Source: Rhodosorus marinus CCMP1338
Lineage: Eukaryota > Plantae > Rhodophyta
Reading direction: 5' to 3'
DNA: 64,000 bases
Assembly: GCA_029953675.1 (NCBI GenBank)
Contig: JAMWBK010000007.1
Location: 124,001 to 188,000, forward strand
Under the pieces are notes generated by a model, which saw only the letters and a program-made list of their open reading frames with translations, ran no database searches and was not told where the DNA came from. Position numbers and translations under genes: made by a program. Shown piece after piece: positions 12,867-26,890 of this stretch (position 1 is its first letter; the number at the start of each line of letters is the position of its first letter).

Positions 12867-13770
12867 ATGGGTTTGCTTCAAGATCTTTGGCTAGGTGGAA
12901 GCGGGGGGTTGATAGCAACGGCGGAGTGCAGTACATTGGGTTTGCTTGTCAATGGCTCAATCGGGCTGTTCCTTCTCCGCGGTGGTCGATCACCAAAGTC
13001 ACTGACCCGCGCCGGGGTGGTCCATGCGGGTGTCTTGGGATGGATCCTAATGACCTGCGTTGGGATTTCTGGGTGGATCCTATGCGCAGGTTTCCTCGTT
13101 GCTGGGTCGCTGCTCACCAAGGTCGGAAGAGAGAGGAAAATCGCCGAAGGAACATACGAAAGTAGGCAGGGCGCACGTGGTCCTGAGAACGTCTGGGGAG
13201 CTGGGTTGTTCCCGGCGTTGATTGCCATCGCTTTGGCTTCATTTCAACTCATACCAAATATTCCGAGTACTTGGATCAACGTGAGCAAACATTAGTTTCC
13301 AGCTCAAGCGTTTTGGTCAAGTCCAGCTAAAGCTAAAAGCTTCACCTCTGAAACATGTTGCTTAGGTGATCAGAGTAGGCTACACCGCCGCCCTGGCCAC
13401 GAAGATGTGGGATACAACAGCAAGTGAAGTTGGTAAAGCGTACGGAAGCGCTACAATTCTTATCACAACTCTATCCTCTGTCCCACGAGGAACTGAAGGT
13501 GGGGTTTCAGTTGAAGGGACTGCGGCTGGGACAGCCGCATCTTTGATCGTCGCGCTGTTGTCCTGGTCGTTTGATGCCTTACCCGGGGTACTTTCAGTTC
13601 CGATCATCGTCACCGCGGCAACGATTGCCAATATCGTCGAGGCCGTGATCGGATCGACTCTGCAAGGATCGTACCAGCTAAGCAACGAACTGGTTAACGT
13701 TATCAACACGTTCACCGGTGCAGCGTTGTCGATGGGTTTGTCCGCTGTCCTAAGTTCGCTGAGCCAGTAA
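12867..13770 (+). CDS. VTE6: DUF92/TMEM19-family membrane protein, VTE6 (phytyl-phosphate kinase)-like
   Basis: Motifs GARGPENVWG, ATKMWDTTASEVGKAYG, VPRGTEGGVSVEGT and NELVNVINT; intron ~13281-13365. The true start may lie further upstream. Confidence 0.8.
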
Positions 13771-14960
13771 TTAAGGTCCTCGCGGACGAGAGTAGATACC
13801 TGTAGAACACCAAATATTCTGGTCACATCCCCACGAGAGCCTGTTTGAGAATACGCAAGCCTCTGTGCCGGTCCGAACGACCCCTTGGCATGATGTCGCC
13901 CGGGTCACCACAACTGATCGCGAGGGCGGCAGGGAAGCGTCGCAGCCACGCTGCAAAAGCATACCAGCGGCTAAAGCAGGACTGTTTTTTTGCTTGGCAT
14001 CGGAGAAGAACGTCGTGGTCGGGCTCTTGATTGAACCACTGACTAGTAGCTTGAGAATAAGAACAGCCGTCGATGATGGAGTTGCTCTGTTGATTATATC
14101 CCAGCAGTCGTATAATCTCTAATGAAAAAGACAGTTTAAGGTCTCAAAGGCCGGCCACGCTAAGCAAGGACTTCGACAATACCCGAAGAAGATGTATGCT
14201 TGCGGACCTCTACAGGAAGACTGGACTTCTCTCGAGTGTTATTTCAGGCCGTTATGGGCAATCAAAGAACGATTGCCACCTCTCTTCTGTGTTTTGTTCC
14301 AGTCACTTCGTCTTCCGCAGCTCTTCTCATAAGCGAGAAGAGTCACAGCTTGAGGAATGTCTTCTTCACCATCCCATTTTTGAAGAGGTAACTTTGGTTT
14401 GTTACACAGCGCTCAGGGACGAACGCTGAGAAACACCCAATACGTCGGTGGGTCTCTAACATAAAAGAGCACCCACCGCCATCGTCCTGCGTGTGTACTT
14501 GCGGAGGAGCCAGAAGAAGTGTGAGAAGGTCACCCCTTTGCCTTTCCACTGACGTTTTAGTTGTCGTTCCTCATACCTGCCGTCTTGACCAGAGGAGCCG
14601 ATGAGGACAAGCCGATGAGGACAAGCCGATGCTAAAAGAAGCAAAATCGGCCCGTACTTTTGAACTGCGTCCTCACCTGACAGAACAGGACGTCTCTTTG
14701 CTCACAAGGGTTTTGTGGACTGTGCGAGGAACGAGCTTTGGAAAGGGTGTGTAGGTCAACTCTTCTCGACGAGGAGAGGTGAAAGTTATAAATCGAGCGG
14801 TGTCTGAGGAGGCACCTGTTCTTGTCGAGGAGAGGAAGGAGAGGTTTGGAGCAGTACTGCCTGGACGTGTTCTTCGCCTGATCGATTTGAAGACGACGGC
14901 GCGTTGAGTTGAGGGTTTAGGAGACTGTGGGAATGAGTTTCTGCTCTTGGAGAAAGAAAC

Positions 14961-15773
14961 ATGAGCGGAGAGGATGATTTGGATGGAATACTCAACTCTG
15001 CATTAGATGATTTTGATGTCGTTGAGGAGCAAGAAAAGCCCCATGAGGAAAAGTCAGAAGCTCCAGAAGTAACTGTCGAGGATGAAGAAGATCAGGTTGA
15101 TGAGGATGAAGCTGATAAGATTTTGGAAGCCTTGGAAGGACTGACTAGAGATACACAGGGTACGTAGGCAGCTTTTCTTGTATGGTTCATTTTGAGCATT
15201 GTGTTAGACGCTGCTGACGCTCTCTTTCGTTCCTGTCTTTGGGACACAGCAGCTGGTGGCAGTTCTCCTTTCGGTGTCGGAGGTGATGACGATCTTCTGG
15301 AGAACATGAGCGCTGAGCTTCAGAAGCTTGGCAACCTTGACGGCATTATGGACGAGTTATTTTCTGCTGACGTGTTCAAGGAGCCGATGCTCAAGTTGAG
15401 GGAGCTCTACGACACCTACCTCGGAGATTTCGCAGATACACTGCCTCCCGAGGAGTTGGACCGGTACCGAAAGCAGAGAGAAATCGTCGAGGAAATTTGC
15501 GTCTTACATGAAGGAGAGGATTCCTCCAGCGATAAGACAATGGAACTGTTGGAGAAGGTAGGATAGCCTTTTCACCCTTTCCCGGAAGAATGGGATTCTC
15601 ACCCAAGGCATGCTCGATTGGCAAATACGCTCTAGTTGCATGCCCTGGGTGAACCTCCTGAACCTGTTACGAAGGGGCTAGATGAGGTCGAAGGTGCAGA
15701 AGGAGAGGAACAAGTCTCTGAAGCAGATCTTCGGAAGGCCGAAGAGATGATTGATAAGTGCAAGGTGCAGTAG
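14961..15773 (+). CDS. PEX19: Peroxin 19 (peroxisomal membrane protein import receptor)
   Basis: N-terminal DDLDxxLxSALDDF; core IMDELFSADVFKEPM...RYRKQREIVEEIC; last exon 15636-15773 LHALGEPP...ends in the CAAX motif CKVQ. Three exons. Confidence 0.93.
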
Positions 15774-15789
15774 TGGGCGGTTCACTTTG

Positions 15790-16420
15790 TTTGAAAACGT
15801 CAACCCGAGAACGCATCCTCGCGGTACTGTTGATGATCGGGACTGCGGGTGCGCCGGATACGTCATCCAACGACCAGGACCACAACGCTATGAGCAAAGA
15901 CGAGGCCGTTCCAGTCGCTGTTCGAAGCCATGACCGGCGCAACAGGTGAGGACCGGTGCCTGCAAGGTCTGATACAGTAGAGCAGGATTTCCGGCACTGT
16001 CCTCTCGGGACCGTGAACGAATCCCCTGGTACTAGAGACGTCCGCTTGTCGTTGCAAACGTTTCCGTGCTGTACATAAAACCATCTGACACGCACCCTTG
16101 GTACGAACGTTCGTGAAGGGTTGTTGGGGGGAGGAGTCTGAATTGCTTGTCGAACGCACGCGCTGTTGCAGCCATAGCTGGCTGGACACATGTTTGCCAG
16201 TGATCATGAACCTCCCATCCAGGACGTGGATTGGTTCTTGTTGTAGCCCTCGAAGAAATCCAGTCAAGAAGTCCAGTCGTTCGCTTAAAAGGGAATGGAC
16301 TTGACAGACGTATAGAGCAAAAGGGACAGGATTGTTGCTAGAAGCCGTCACCGAAGAAAACTTGACTTGGAAGAGTAGATGACCCATGTCGAAGAAATAC
16401 GAAACGACGCCAGTCTTCTC
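15790..16420 (-). pseudogene. Inverted, decayed partial copy of the DUF92 gene
   Basis: Minus-strand TATGTASSLLIALWSWSLDDVSGAPAVPII matches DUF92 TAAGTAASLIVALLSWSFDALPGVLSVPII (~78% nt over ~87 bp, 15835-15920). Also VPRG (~16010) and LASFRISSTWV vs LASFQLIPNIPSTWI (~16375-16410). Contains frameshifts and stops. Confidence 0.75.
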
Positions 16421-17117
16421 CGCAGCCAAGCTGAGTCCGTGAGACGGTCAAAGTCGCACTCCACTCCAGTTGGACCAGCACACTGGCCCCGAAACAGAAA
16501 AAAACCGCTTAAGACTCAACTGGTTGCCAAGGTAGTGATGACTAGTGCCACAATGACGCCATCCTTCCCATACGCGCCTGCCCGGGATGCAATCTGAAAA
16601 ATCAAGTTTTTTCGATTATCCCTCTTTCCGATCTAAACACCCTTACGATTGTACTCTTCGAACCGCGCAGTCTGGCGCGACTTGTTCTCTGACTAGCGAA
16701 AGCGAAGAACAAGGACTACCCTGCTCAACGTGTATCCCCTCTGCTAATTCAAAATCTGAAGACGGATATCAGCATTTATCAGTGGACCAGCACATTGGAC
16801 ACGAGGGCGGTGGGGGGGACCCAAACCATTCCAACCGTGCTAACCCGCTTGGCCCTTCATCCGACCAAAAACAATAACTTTCGTCTCCATAAACTATTAA
16901 AACATACCAAAAGGATTCCTGCTGCCTTGTCAAACACACGGACGAGTTCTTCCCAATGAGTACATGACTATATCTCCTTGCTCTATCGGCTACACACAGC
17001 CATGACAACCCAAAACAACAACCAAAAAAAAAAACACACAACAAAAACACGGACCGTCGGAATCTGAATCTCTCATCCTCCAAACTAAATACGGTTTCTT
17101 CTGGTGAATGGATACAA

Positions 17118-17210
17118 AAACACACACACACACACACACACACACAGATATGTAAATAGGTTGTTCCCCTTCATGGGTTGTTCCCCTTTATGGGTTGTTC
17201 CCCCTTTATC
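17118..17210. repeat. (CA)n microsatellite followed by three ~18-bp tandem units
   Basis: cacacaca... at 17118-17146, then ggttgttcccct(t)(c/t)at three times at 17158-17210. Confidence 0.8.
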
Positions 17211-19989
17211 CCCCCCGCCCAGAGACAACCCGAAAAAAAAGTGATCGATCACCTTCCCCGAGGCCACCAGACAAGGCATGGTCATTAGTAAGCAAGACCT
17301 AACGACCCTCCACCTCCAGCCAAACCTCATCAACAAACCCCAGTCAGGCGTCACTTCCATTGGGTTCCTTCTAATCTGATCAAAATGCTGCCGTCGATCC
17401 TCTTAAAAAAAAGATCCCATTGGCACAAATGCGATTTTTTGGTCATCGATTTCTACGCCCAAGATCCTAAGGGGTGGTAAGAATTAATCTTTGGATATAG
17501 AATATCTCCGTATTCGTCTATTATTCTACATATTTAGAGAGTTTTGGTTTTTCGATGATATTGGTTAAGGGGGGATGTATGAAGATGTTTCTAACCACCG
17601 ACGATGTGGAATGGATGACGTATCTCGTTTAGGACACGTGTGAGCTCTGAATAGCTCCAACAGATTCCGAACAGGAATCGATTCGGCGTGTAATATATTG
17701 AATCATAGAATATTTTTCAGGATGCCCTCGAACAGACGTCGTTCCAATCAAAATTCGGTGTAATTTCCGGGCGCGAAACGATGTTCGTTCGTAATTCAAC
17801 ATGAATACAATTACTTTTCGTCTTTGGACGCGACGTTCTGCGCAGGCTGCTCCATCCTCATTTCGCAATATCCATCTGCCCTACCAATGTTTACAACGAA
17901 AAACAGATATTATGTACCAAAAGTTACCAAACTATTTGATACAGGATATTGCTGTAGTCGCTGTACGGGGTGCAAACAAAACCGAATGCATGAGATATAC
18001 AATCAATGAGAAAAAAACCCCGTTAGACACGTGTCGTAACTTAGTCCAAGAAAACACTAATAATGTCCTCTTGAAAGAGCGCAATATGCTCTTGCGAGAG
18101 TCGCATCCCTCATTCTGCGGCTTCTAAGAGTCCTCAAAACATTTCAGTTTTTCCATTAGAATTAATCTATTTCTTTTCAACCAGCTAACCGCATCAAAGT
18201 CAGTTGACTTTCCAAGGCTGAGATACGTTGTCCTTTGTTTTCTTGGACTAGATGATAACTCCAACCAAGGGGGTTGGTGAAGACATCAGAAAGTGCTTCT
18301 TTCTTCGGACAAAAGTAAACACCTCTAGTTTTTTCGTTTTATGAAGAAATCAATATCTCACCGATAGATAAATTCGTCTCCGTACCCACTCCTCCCCTCC
18401 TCCCACCTCCCCCTCCCCCCGCCCCGTCCACTGCCCGCCCAACCAGGGCACAACTAAGTCGCGAAAGAAACAAAGTTGAAGACGGAAACGAAGTGAAAAA
18501 TGCATAGATCGAAGGAAATCTCACAGCACGAAAAAAGGGGTAGCTACGGGTGGGGGAAACGGGAACAAGAGATATATTCGAATTATTTCGTACAATTTTG
18601 CAGTTTCTTTAGTTGTCAGTGCAAAGCTATTCGCAAACGGGGGGGCCGGGTTGAAATATTCGAGACCAACCCCCCAAGTCGTGTAGCATGACCCATAAAC
18701 CAACTGGACCGGCCAAAGCCCAGAATCAGCGCAGTATAACGTTGATTATGACTACAGGATCAGTAATACGTGAGTGTGAATTCGGTATCTAACTTTCATA
18801 TGCCAAAAATGGTATGTAAGAGGGGTTCATTCTAGCCACGTGCAAGACCTAAAACTCATGAGCTACGATATTTTAGGAGTGCAGAACAACCATGTTCACT
18901 TGCAAGCGGTTGATCCCAACCCCACGGGAACGTGGAACGTACTTGTACGAAAACCTACGGAAGCTGTTTTTTCACTATTTGCTTAGAACTCAACCCACAG
19001 CGTCTCCCCAACAATTCTACGTGCGTTTTTCTTGATTTCCTTGCCTCCTGGTAGACGTCCAACACCCGGGACCACCCCCCGCCGGCATTCCCTTTTCACG
19101 AGCAAACTACTAGCATCATGGTTGTTTTTATGAAGGTTCCAAAATCCCCGTTTGATTGAGCATCCCAAGGCGAGTGACTTTCACTTTTCTGGGGGGTTTG
19201 TTTGTATTTTTTTTTCAGGCCCTTCTTCAATTCTTTTTTTCACCGCCGTCCTGATCATATTGCTCAAAACAATTAGAAAAACTCAAGTCTATCAGTTCAC
19301 TGCCGACCAATCTAAATTGCACCAATCGATATCCAGCCACGTCGGGCCGGGTTTCGAAAACTGTGGCAATGGTATCTCGTCCCTCCCGAATCCTATTTTT
19401 AAGTACTAAAGTGACGTCTATAGAATTTCCACCACAAGAAACGAAAACCGCGGGAGGGGACTTCCCCCGTGTCCATTAATCATTTCCACCCCCCCCCCAA
19501 TCCCCCCTTATTTTCCTAGGACCACCAACCGACGTGCTAAAAATTCAACACATTTGTGTTAAAATATTACTGAAGAATTATATACATGGTTTTCGAATAG
19601 TAGTTCATCTCACCCCCGCACCCCCCCCCCTCCCATGGATATCTGATTATTGCTGGGAAAAAATTATTGTCACAGGATTAAAACATGTTGAGTTTTTATT
19701 TTATTTTTTTAGATGACGCCGTTTCGACCACAAGCGAGGATCGAGGGCTGGAAACGGGCCTCTCACTCTCCTCTTCCTCTTCAGCTTTTGCGCAGAGAGA
19801 GCGCTTTCAAGACGGAAAGAGAACTGGACTCTGGAAAAAACGAAATTAATTTTGTGACGGGCTGTGGGTGGGGGGGGGGGATTTTTTGCCATTTCAGTGC
19901 AGTTTGGGTGAGATATATAATATCCGACTATGTGCGGAGGGCTTCTGGGCGGGGGATGGGGAGGTACAGCGTTACCGTGAAGAGAGTAG

Positions 19990-20430
<441 letters not shown>

Positions 20431-23420
20431 CTTGTTAGTAGTTTTCTTGATTTTTTTATTAGCGGGCCCCCGGGGGTTTATGGGGGAAAAATTTGGGGCG
20501 TAGGAGCGCGTGTCCTGCAACGCGCGGAATAGAGTCATTTACAGTGCGTCGATACATCTCAATACTAACTTAATCACTTTGTATTCAACATTTGTTTGCC
20601 CTGGCCGATTAAAACACGAGCAAAGCAATGCTTTTCCTATTCACACAACATTGGAGCAAAGCCTTCACCGATTTACAGATCGCGGGGAACAACTCGTTTC
20701 CTGAGCTTGCCGCCTTCGCGAGCCATCAAGCATTCGAGCCCTCACGAGACTTTCGCTCGCTCTAACGCTTGCGCAACGTCAAAAGGCGGATTATCCAACC
20801 CAATCCGACATTCCAATCCGACGTCCCAAGCGCCTTCAGCATCAGTCAATCATGACCGCACCGTTCCCCCCGTTTCACCCTTTCCCCTCCGCTCCCAGTT
20901 GCCAAAACTCCCAGTCTCGCTTTCCCCGGTGAATCGTTCCATTCTCCTGACCAAAATGACACCGATTCCGTTTACGCGGTGGTGCCTGGGATCACCGCCC
21001 AAACGCTGAATGGCAACCCTCCGATCGAACCAGTCAAAGTCAAGGATCAAGAAAGAACAACGATACATGCTCCTATAAACCAATGATATCTAGGTACGAA
21101 CGTGACAGGTGAAAAGCAGCATATTATTTCACAAAATATGATACACGCAGAACAGCCATTCGACACAAAAATTAGATTAAGCCAATCATATACTTAAACA
21201 TACTGATTGGAAAATAATCTTGAAATTATTTACTTTATTAAAACAAATCAATTCACATGTCAATCCAATCAAGATGGTCACGGATATTATTCGGAACATC
21301 ATTGGACAGTCTGATGCATAAGCAATCAATTCTGATCGAATTTCCGTTCCGTAATCTAGGGGAAAGGGCAGTACTGGAAAGGATTTGTGATTGTTTTTAT
21401 CTCTTTAATGTGAAAAACTCATAAAACTTCAAAAAACAACATGCTTCATAAACAACAAAATTTCAGGACGGGAGGGTAGGGAAAGTCAACGGTCGGGGGG
21501 GGGGGGAGGGGGTAGGAATTTTTATTATTGTCATGCTCAAAAAAAAAAAAGTCTGGTATTGTGAACGGGTGAGGACCCCGTGGCCGTTCTAGCACGAGTT
21601 TATGTTTTTTGTGAATAAAATGGTAGGAATAAGAGGTATTGCGCTTGAACTGAGGAAATAGCAGTTTTGGAGAAAAAAAAAGAAGGGTCACGCTTGGGCT
21701 GGCAGAGGCAAAAAAAGGAAGAAAAACCCTAGCTGGTATGTGTTTCTTGTGACGATGATCGCTTTGGGTGGGAAAGCGGATTGGGGAACTCGTGGGCGTG
21801 CCGATTTTAAGTATGTGAGCCTAGCCTGGGCGTTTAGCTTCCAACCAAGCGGACTTTGTTAATGATGTGATGATTTATGTAGTTTGTACTAGGTCGTCCC
21901 GTGGCTGTTGGCTTCCTTTTTTTTTGGTTTTTTTGGTTTTTGTTTCTGATGGAATCAGCCTCTTCCGAAACCAGAGCGGTGGATGAATCTGCAGAGAAAG
22001 ATATCATCTTCCAGAAATCCCCGATTGCAAGGATGAGACACTTTCCGGTTGAGGCGACGACAATTGCAAGGGGGGCATTTCCGCTTATGCCGGACGCCGC
22101 AGCCAGTTTGTTAGGAGCCCAGACTTTCTTTGCTTTAATACGGTTTTTGAACCTCTGTAATCTCAAAATGCTGAAGGGCAAGTTCTCTTCTGTTGGAGTC
22201 ATTGTGAACTCATCCCGGCTCCTTGTCGTGAACTGATTGGAATTTGCTGTTGTTTGGTTCCTTTTTTTTGGATGGCGGTGTTCTCTTTGTGGCAGTAGGA
22301 ACCCTTCCTGGCTTCCACCACCGGCGACTTACGCGTTGATGGGCTCGAGCAGGTTTTAACTGCTTTGGATGATCCAATTTGCGTGTGTGCGTGTTCTATT
22401 GGAGAGCTGCACAACTGGAACTATACCGCCGGAACCGCCACCAGGGTTTAGCAATCGAATAGTCGTCTCGCAATAATAGTTGGTTCCCTTTTTGCAAAGG
22501 ATATTCAGGATAGAAACTGAAAGGCGTTAGTTCCTCACGGGGACCCTGCATCCTGAACTGGTCCATTTGGCAACGTGCCCTTACAAGAACACCTTCCCAA
22601 CCCCCCCCCCCGCCGGCCAGAGCACGGTAGTATACTCCATCCTCGTTCCGAATTTCTCTCCTGCAGAAACAGCGAGGAAGAATGATTACATATCTTTTCT
22701 CTGGTCTGCCCCACGAAGTGCATCACTCAACGCTTAGCCTGCTTGGGACATGTTCAATACCTACTTCGTACTCACAGAGCTTAACTTCGTAAGGTCATCT
22801 AAAAACCCCTCACAGCTTTTTGTAAAACTGCAACCCAATAGAAACCAAAATCTGTCCTAAACAATACAAATTTTGATAAATACATCCAATGAAGTAGTTT
22901 TCCGCTAAAAATAAAGACACGTTTCTTATGTTAATTGGATACGAAAAGAGAAACTAGAGTGATTCCAATAGTTGAAGATGGACAGATGATTTGTGTAAGG
23001 ATGGGGGCGATGGGGGCGTTTTCAGTCATGATTGGAAACCAAGTCAAAAAGCTCTGAGGGTCTTGGCACAGTGGCCGAGCAAACTTGTCCAGGAGGTTGA
23101 TGGTGTTTTGTGGGACAGTGAGGCGTGTCGTAAACCGGCCACTGATACCTCTGTTTTTGGGGGGAGTTGTGACCTCGGAGGAGCATGTAGAAAAGAGAGG
23201 AGATGGCGAGTGAGGTTCATGGGCCAAAGGACGGGATGGGGCGACTTACTCATCCTGAGGTCAAGTCCGGCGACCAAAAGAGGAAGGTTTGTGTTCATCT
23301 TTTCAATTTTTTTTTTGATCTTTTAGTGTTCCAAGTGGTGAGGGCTTTTTTGAACTTGGGTGGGAATCCATTCTGCCGCCTGCTCACGTTCAGTTGACTT
23401 TTTTGCATCTCTTTCGGTAG

Positions 23421-24660
23421 TCGGGTTTCGAGGGAACCGGCGGGTCGCCAAATTTGCTCCAGTATCTTCACGGACTTGACAAGCTCGAGCGCCAAGGACG
23501 GCACAAGAACTTTATTCGAGAGATTCAAGTCTCACAAAAGCAGCAGAGTGACAGGCCAAAAATGGAAGATCGCGACGGCTCACTCTCAGGGGAGCTGCTC
23601 ACAAGCGGCTGCAGGACGTCGATCCCGCCTCCTTTTTATAACGACATTCGCGGCTCAAGGACTAGCCGGGTTAAGACGCGGAAGAGAATAGCCGAGGTAA
23701 AAGAGCTGAAAGTTCCGGCCAAGATTCAGAAGGGAACTACTCCCGATACAGAATCCCGCCAAGTGACGGGGTCGAGCACAGGGAGTCTTGTCAGCGGGCC
23801 TTTGAGAAAGCCGGACGGCGCGGTTGGGAGGAAGGCACGCTCTGCGGGAGGAGGCTTCAGAGATAAACCGGACAGGAGCAGAGAATCGGTGCTCTCTGAA
23901 AAGAGGGGAAAGGGCAATGGCCTTCTTCCACATTCTACGTTTCGGAATATTAATGAAGGGATGTTCTACTCAAAGCTTCCTAGGAGAAAAGCTTCCGGTG
24001 AATCGACTTTCGAAAACTCGAGTTCATTTGATCGTAGTGGCCATGTCGCGAGTTTGACCCGATCGGACGGTGACCGGCGACGCTATGGTGACCAAGTGCA
24101 AAAGAAGAGCCAAGGCGTGTCCCAGGAAGGGTGTTCAGATTCGTCAGCACATGAGGAAGTGAGCAAGATAGTCAGCCCGTGCTCCGACGCAAAGACCACA
24201 AGACGCAGTAGAGTTGTGGAAAAGTCGTATCCGTTCAAGAGCATGATACATGCAGCGAAACGGGTACGGTCTCGAGAATCTCACGAACCTGATCGCGGGA
24301 CGGAAACACCAAAGCCAGAGGCATGCCCAAAGATGTCCGTTAGCGATGCGAGTGACGCAGAGAGTACTGAAGGAGAAACAGCTCAACATGGTCTTGGAAA
24401 GCTCCATGGCGGCAATCAGAGGAGCTGTGAAATGGACCCAGAGGCCCTCCTGCAACTGAATGCAAAATTTTCTGTAGGGTATGTGCTTATAAAACCTCCG
24501 AAATCAATTAAGCAAGCAAGGCATGCTCAATGAAAATCCTGACACCAACCGCTTTCGTTTTCCCTTTTTGAGTACAGACAGGACGACGGCTCAAAATATA
24601 AGGACGTCCTGAGAAGTGCCCTCGACTACCTTTCGAGAGACATAGCCGCCAGAGGGGAGT
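23421..24660 (+). CDS. Hypothetical multi-exon protein, largely low-complexity and basic; 5' end unresolved (possible exon ~22990-23290)
   Basis: 359-aa ORF; plausible donor at ~24474 and acceptor at ~24578 giving a final exon QDDGSKYKDVLRSALDYLSRDIAARGE*. No family recognised. Confidence 0.5.
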
Positions 24661-25009
24661 GAGCTGAGCACTGAATATTTCAACGATTCCACCAACCCCT
24701 CAGGTAGCCCCTTCTTCGCCCGTGTGCACAGTCAAACCCACCCTCGATCGATTTTCAGGTGTATGTAAATTTAGTTGATTGTCAATAGTTCACTGCGTCT
24801 CCATGGCGTGTGCTCGCTCGCAGGCCTAGCAAACGGGCGTCCGGGTTTGCTTGAGACAAAGCCTCAGTTAATATTAAACTTGTCGAAGTTCCATTTCTAA
24901 AATGTTCAAGTCGGGTTATGATGAACCGCCGATGCGCCTAGCAAGAGATTTCCAAAAAAAAACAAAGCCACAACGTACTCCAACGCGCGGACGAAAGAGA
25001 GTACGTTCC

Positions 25010-26098
25010 TCAGCTGATCTCCGGAATATCTAGGACCTTCTTGAGCTTTTCGAAGGTCGCCATTGTGATAGCTGTCTGTGGCACGATCCTGTACAAGCAA
25101 GAGCCGAAGGAAAGAACGAGGAAACAGGGAGCAGATTCAGTTGAGCAATTTTCAAAACATCACGAGTCCAAACCCGACAAAACTGTGCATACCACAAAAC
25201 CCTAGCTGCCATGCCTCGAGTGAGGCCCCTGAAGCCTTCTTCTCTTGCTATTCGCTTGAACGCTTCCCACGTTGACTTGTACTGTTTCGAGCGCTGTGAA
25301 CAGGAGACCGCAGCGGAGGCGCGGGAGGCAACCGCGTCAGTAAAAATTCAGCTCGAAGGGAACTGCGGGAAACGGTATCTTGTATACCTGAAACTTGACG
25401 TCTCCTTGAGTCTGAATTCTCGTCTTGATGATGTCGAGAGGAGTTGTAGTGGCAGCGGCGAAGCCACCGCTTGCGCTAGCCGAAGCGAGGATGTCTATGC
25501 TCCCCAGCTCTCGCGCTGAGGAGACTCCGCGTTTTCGGCAGAAGAAGGCTTTCCACTGCTCGTACGCGGCGAAGTAGAGCATCGAGTATGGTCCGAACGT
25601 TCCAACAGTAAGCGCGTAGCCTCTGAACAAAGAGCGAAGCCCTTCATGCCGGAGTAAGTCACGAAATGCGGCTATGGACGACGCGCTGGCCCCCTCTCGA
25701 AGCTGAGCCCTCTGCTTCAGGACCTCCATGGGAACCCAGAATACCGCGGATACGGTTTCGGCGGCAAGTCCGGACGCTAGATGAACGAGGGGCGACTGCG
25801 CCGTGAGGTTGGTCAACTTACAGAACTGAGTCTTGGCGACATCATAAGTCGTGAGAAATGAAGCGATGGCTGGAGCATGCATCGCCGCGGTGATTCCGAA
25901 TCCTCTGTAGAGTCCTGTCACTCCGCTGCTTCTCACAACGCTTTGCAGGACGGTGACCACCGAGCCCTGGCCCGGGTTTGCCATCACATTCGTCCGCACC
26001 GTGTCCATCGGATGCGCAAAACATCGCGCAATCAGACCAGATACTGCACTCGCTCCAAGACGACGTATGCCATCATTCATTCTTCCATCCGTACTCAT
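25010..26098 (-). CDS. Mitochondrial carrier family (SLC25) protein, 3 exons
   Basis: Three Px[DE]xx[KR]x[KRN] motifs (PMDTVRTN, PMEVLKQR, PLDIIKTR) and GLYRG/SLFRG/GLTRG. Spliced 3' exons RSKQYKSTWEAFKRIAREEGFRGLTRGMAARVLW|IVPQTAITMATFEKLKK. Confidence 0.93.
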
Positions 26099-26424
26099 TC
26101 TTAACGATCCAAAAGTGTATCTCCATATCCATTCTTTCATCCCCTCACCCCTGCCAACCCTCAGTCCACCCTGGTCAGGACGAAGTTGACCAGGTGGTAA
26201 AAGGGTCCACATGGAACACTCCCGAAAAACAGTAATCGGGAAGCCTGAGAGCATAGTCGGTATCCCAGTAGAGTATGATGAACATCGAGGAGTTCTGTTG
26301 ATGGGATAATCGACAGGTGCTATTTGGGTGAGGCGAATGAGGGGCCAACTCCGTTAAAACCCCCGGGGACCAGGTAGCGAGGGGGTGCTGAGACAGATGA
26401 AGCTGCGACATATGAAACAGAATG

Positions 26425-26890
26425 TTCCAGCATCATCGGTAAACGGATATACATCAGTCAATGCACCCGGTTGGACCTGACCTACGCGGTAAACAACATC
26501 TGATCGACTCGTCTGGATTCGACGAAAACATACATCAGCATGTTATCAGATATCTGAAAGGAACAAGGGACTGCGCGCTCCAGCATTTAAAGCGTACAGG
26601 GCCAGAAAAAGTAATCGGCTACTCCCCCAGATACTGATCGGCTATCTGGTCCTGCAGCTCGATTATCCACGAGCAATCTTGGAACCCGGACAGGTTCATT
26701 GCGCTTCTCGAAGAAGATGCTTTCTTAGACCAAAAATTATGTCCTTCACCCGTTCTCCTGCTGCAATGAGTCCCGCTTCTGAGGGTTTGTTTCTTTGCTG
26801 CGCCATGTGATCAAATGGTCCTTCATAAAAGTCACTCCATACACTCATCGGCGATCTGCCTTCGTTGCGGTAACCCCACGTTGTCCCTTC
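26425..26890. mobile_element. Ty1/copia retrotransposon relic (RT C-terminus on +, RNase H on -)
   Basis: Plus strand: SIIGKRIYISQCTRLDLTYAVNNI*, HVIRYLKGTRD, VIGYS (copia YxSxVGxLxYLxxxTRPDIxYAV, RYLKGT, GYSDxD). Minus strand 26886-26645: WGYRNEGRS, LITWRSKE, SEAGLIAAGERVKDIIFGLRKHLL, LLVDNRAA (copia RNase H WAG.xDRRS, ISWxSKKQ, EAEYIA...KExxWLR, xxCDNxxA). Confidence 0.75.

Noticed and set aside
21834-22236. ORFs of 111 and 122 aa on opposite strands
   Set aside because: No recognisable motif; they start in low-complexity T-rich sequence.
22990-23290. Possible PWWP-like motif (VLAQWPSKLV...WRVRFMGQRTGW) as a 5' exon of the 23.4 kb gene
   Set aside because: No in-frame ATG, and no splice phase joins it to the main ORF while keeping the motif; the similarity is too weak.
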